A DNA stretch of 64,000 bases from Candidatus Poribacteria bacterium (GTDB lineage: Bacteria > Poribacteria > WGA-4E > WGA-3G): contig OZ240248.1 of the NCBI GenBank assembly GCA_965198235.1, positions 4,416,001-4,480,000 of the forward strand. Reading direction: 5' to 3'. The notes under the pieces were generated by a model. That model searched no databases. It saw only the letters and a list, made by a program, of their open reading frames with translations, and was not told the DNA's origin. A program made the position numbers and the translations under genes. This document shows, piece by piece, positions 61,172 through 64,000 of the stretch (within the stretch, counting starts at the first letter, position 1; each line of letters begins with the position of its first letter).

Positions 61172-62416
61172 TTAGAAGTTTTCGATAATCGCTGCCCCGA
61201 ACTCGGAGGTACGGACCTTCGTCGCGCCTTCCATGAGACGCTCCAGATCGTAGGTCACCCGTTTCTGGAGGATGGTCTTCTCGAGTCCCGAAATAATCAG
61301 GTCGGCGGCTTCTTGCCAGCCGATGTGTTCCAGCATCATCACCGCAGAGAGGATAAGCGAACCCGGATTGACGACATCCTGATCGGTATACTTCGGTGCG
61401 GTGCCGTGCGTCGCTTCAAAAAGCGCGACTTCATCGCTGAGGTTACCACCGGGTGCCATACCGATACCGCCGACCTGTGCCGCCGCGGCATCCGAGAGAT
61501 AATCCCCGTTCAAATTCGGGGTGACAAACACGTCGTACTCATCGGTTCGCGTCAGAATTTGCTGCAACATGCTGTCAGCAATTCGGTCATTGACAAGTAT
61601 TTTGCCTTCTGGACACTCACCCCCGTAGTCACTATAGAGTTCATCCTCTGTAATCGTCTGATCAGCGAATTCCTCTTTGGCGAGTTCATATCCCCAAGCA
61701 CAGAACGCACCTTCGGTAAACTTCATGATGTTGCCTTTGTGAACAAAGGTGACGCTACGTCTACCGTGGTCAATTGCGTACTGGATCCCCATCCGTGCCA
61801 AGCGTTTCGTGCCGAAAATGCTGATCGGTTTCACACCGATACCGGAATCTTCGCGGATGTTTACTCCCATTTCGGTGCGGAGCAGTTCGATAACCTTTTT
61901 CACCTCTGGTGTGCCTTGTTCCCACTCAATACCGGCATAAACATCCTCGGTGTTTTCACGGAAGATAACGACATCCATCTTTTCAGGGTGTATGACAGGG
62001 GCAGGGACACCTTGGAAATAGCGGACGGGACGGACACATGCGTAGAGTTCAAGCACCTGACGGAGTGTCACGTTTAAACTCCGGAATCCACCACCGACAG
62101 GTGTTGTGAGGGGTCCCTTCAGGGCAACGCGGAAGTATTCAATTGCGTCGAAGGTATCCTGTGGGAGCCATTCGTTATATTTCGCCATGGCGTTTTCGCC
62201 AGCGTAGACATCAAACCAAACGATCTGGTTTTCACCGTTGGACGCTGTTTGGACAGCGGCATCAACAACACGGCGTGCAACCTTCATGATGTCTCGTCCG
62301 ATGCCGTCGCCTTCAATGACAGGGATAATCGGCTTATTCGGCACGACGAGCTGTCCATTGACGAACCCGATTCTTTCACCTTCTGTCGGGACTGTTAATT
62401 GCTCAAATCCAATCAC
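61172..62416 (-). CDS. icd: Isocitrate dehydrogenase (E. coli-type)
   Basis: [55 protein letters not shown]. Confidence 0.97.
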   Translation of the reverse strand: MIGFEQLTVPTEGERIGFVNGQLVVPNKPIIPVIEGDGIGRDIMKVARRVVDAAVQTASNGENQIVWFDVYAGENAMAKYNEWLPQDTFDAIEYFRVALKGPLTTPVGGGFRSLNVTLRQVLELYACVRPVRYFQGVPAPVIHPEKMDVVIFRENTEDVYAGIEWEQGTPEVKKVIELLRTEMGVNIREDSGIGVKPISIFGTKRLARMGIQYAIDHGRRSVTFVHKGNIMKFTEGAFCAWGYELAKEEFADQTITEDELYSDYGGECPEGKILVNDRIADSMLQQILTRTDEYDVFVTPNLNGDYLSDAAAAQVGGIGMAPGGNLSDEVALFEATHGTAPKYTDQDVVNPGSLILSAVMMLEHIGWQEAADLIISGLEKTILQKRVTYDLERLMEGATKVRTSEFGAAIIENF

Positions 62417-62513
62417 TGGTATTCCTCTCTAATTCGTTAACACTTTTAGACATTCGATCGTGCTTACCTGCTGTCTCTGCTAAGTCTTTGCAGAGCCTGA
62501 GTCCAGTAACATT

Positions 62514-64000
62514 TTACCCGTTGAAAGCATTCGATCTTGCCATCCGGTCGTGTAATGCGACCACTTCGTTTGCAATGGTCATATCGTCAGTCGGTGTTGG
62601 AATGACATCTGGGTGGGGTGGGATAACGGGTCGGATAATCTTCAGTTGGAGCTGTTCGCGGGCATCCATCATCCAACCAAAGCCACGGAAGATATAGGTC
62701 AATAGCGTTCTGTCACTTTCATAGATGTCCAATCCTTCTTGGACTGCCCATCCACCGAAGTCGGTATTCGGTGTTAAACGGAGGGGCGGTTCATTCTCAC
62801 GTCCGGGACGGACAAAGCCTTCGATGAAAGCGAGTTGGTAAATGCGCTGTGTAATACCCAACCGTTTTTTCTGCTGATCGTTGAGTTGAATGTCCCCATT
62901 GTCAACAGCTTCTAAGAAAGGATTGAAATAGATAGCAGGTCTGGGGTCTTGCTGGATTTCATCGGAGCGGCCAGCGGCAGCGATTTCCGGATGCCCAAAG
63001 GTCGGTAGTGCAGACAGCATCCGTTGACGGATTGCATCCTCACGCGCTTTGGTATCCAGCGGCTCAATTTGATTAATGAAAGCCGTCATGTCGTGAATCG
63101 CGCCGAAGTGCCGGTCACCATCTAACGTCATCTGTGATGCGACAAAAAAGTCAGAGACCGCACCGGTGTGCAAAGTGGCAAGATAGCGTGCGACGACGTT
63201 GGAACCTGCGGAACCGTGGTGTGCCTGTATGATACCCATCCGTTCTAAGATATTCGCTTCGACGGTGCTGGCTTCTCGCCCTAAGAGGAGACTGTAGCAG
63301 GTTTGGAAGGCAGTTTTTTCACGCTTTTGGTGCTCGGTGATGAGGTCGGTTGCGCGCATGGCGAGGACCTGTGGATGTAGGGCATTGTTTTCACGGAGCT
63401 GATGGCGCATATACACAGAGACTGTCCCGACTGCGACATTCTCCATGTGCGTCCCGATCAGTTCAAGCAGGAGCGCGCCGGGGTGCCGGGTGCCGTTAAT
63501 CCCTTTCTGATTCGGATGACTGAGTTTACGGAGTGTTGAGAAATGTTGAATGGCAGCTTCGGGACCTGCCTTTGGGAAGGCTTTAACAAATTCTGCGACC
63601 TGATTGACGAGGCGATGTTTACCGGTTAGGCTCCCTCTGCGAGCCACAGCAAAGTTATAAAATTTCTTATCTATTAATTCTGACAGCAGTGCTTCTTCGT
63701 CAAGCCCAGTTGTATCCGTTTCAGGTTTTCTACCGAAGAGCCCAGCGAAGATGACACTTGCGGGACTGGCTTGACCCGCGACGATCTCACTTTCGGATAT
63801 AATACCACGAATAGCAAAACTGCGAATGTTCAATGTTATCTGGGTGCCAGCACAGTCAACCGCAACTTTGTGCAACACCGGATTCGCGAAAACGGTTGTC
63901 GATTGTGGCATTGAGCTGAAACTGGTAAGCACGGCTGCAATCTTGTCTTCACCCAACTCTGCCGCTCTGTTTAAGGAATCCGTTACTGGGGCATACGTTG
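62514..64000 (-). CDS. Divergent citrate synthase-family protein, 5' end outside the window
   Basis: HHGSAGS, RHFGA, TFGHP, DPR, PNTDF, R.FGW...EQ...IIRP align with citrate synthase catalytic motifs; frame open to the window edge; upstream of icd. Confidence 0.7.
   Translation of the reverse strand, partial: TYAPVTDSLNRAAELGEDKIAAVLTSFSSMPQSTTVFANPVLHKVAVDCAGTQITLNIRSFAIRGIISESEIVAGQASPASVIFAGLFGRKPETDTTGLDEEALLSELIDKKFYNFAVARRGSLTGKHRLVNQVAEFVKAFPKAGPEAAIQHFSTLRKLSHPNQKGINGTRHPGALLLELIGTHMENVAVGTVSVYMRHQLRENNALHPQVLAMRATDLITEHQKREKTAFQTCYSLLLGREASTVEANILERMGIIQAHHGSAGSNVVARYLATLHTGAVSDFFVASQMTLDGDRHFGAIHDMTAFINQIEPLDTKAREDAIRQRMLSALPTFGHPEIAAAGRSDEIQQDPRPAIYFNPFLEAVDNGDIQLNDQQKKRLGITQRIYQLAFIEGFVRPGRENEPPLRLTPNTDFGGWAVQEGLDIYESDRTLLTYIFRGFGWMMDAREQLQLKIIRPVIPPHPDVIPTPTDDMTIANEVVALHDRMARSNAFNG

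Noticed and set aside
61133-62077. 314-aa plus-strand ORF
   Set aside because: Antisense shadow of icd

Overview
Bacterial chromosomal window that looks like Candidatus Poribacteria (inferred from four PhyH-family dioxygenases, LamG proteins with a shared C-terminal 'V(E/K)xxxKLxxxWGxLK' tail, a CRTAC1/FG-GAP protein, a sulfatase and repeat-rich intergenic DNA). Housekeeping genes include a ClpX-like ATPase, msrB, mdh, dnaK, fabV, mtaB, mutS, icd and a divergent citrate synthase. Also present are a GldF/GldG/DUF4340 ABC module, several toxin-antitoxin loci and a decaying type III restriction-modification island (46-58 kb). The most notable signals are: (1) a 447-bp ORF-less IS200/IS605-type element carrying an IscB-type omegaRNA/HEARO scaffold, whose removal in silico restores an operon junction and exposes an ATGA TAM-like motif; (2) a GTAG-REP-like family whose two arms are always 71-72 nt apart although the spacer sequence varies; (3) MITE-like shells with conserved ends and different cargo, inserted inside REP elements; (4) a probable C-terminal protein-sorting signal; (5) foreign, partly phage-like fragments spliced mid-gene into the res gene and an antitoxin; (6) a sigma54 promoter on a stand-alone dnaK; (7) structured leader RNAs; (8) a PhyH enzyme with a halogenase-like HxA motif. 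No rRNA, tRNA or CRISPR array was recognised. All calls come from reading the sequence; no database search was run.
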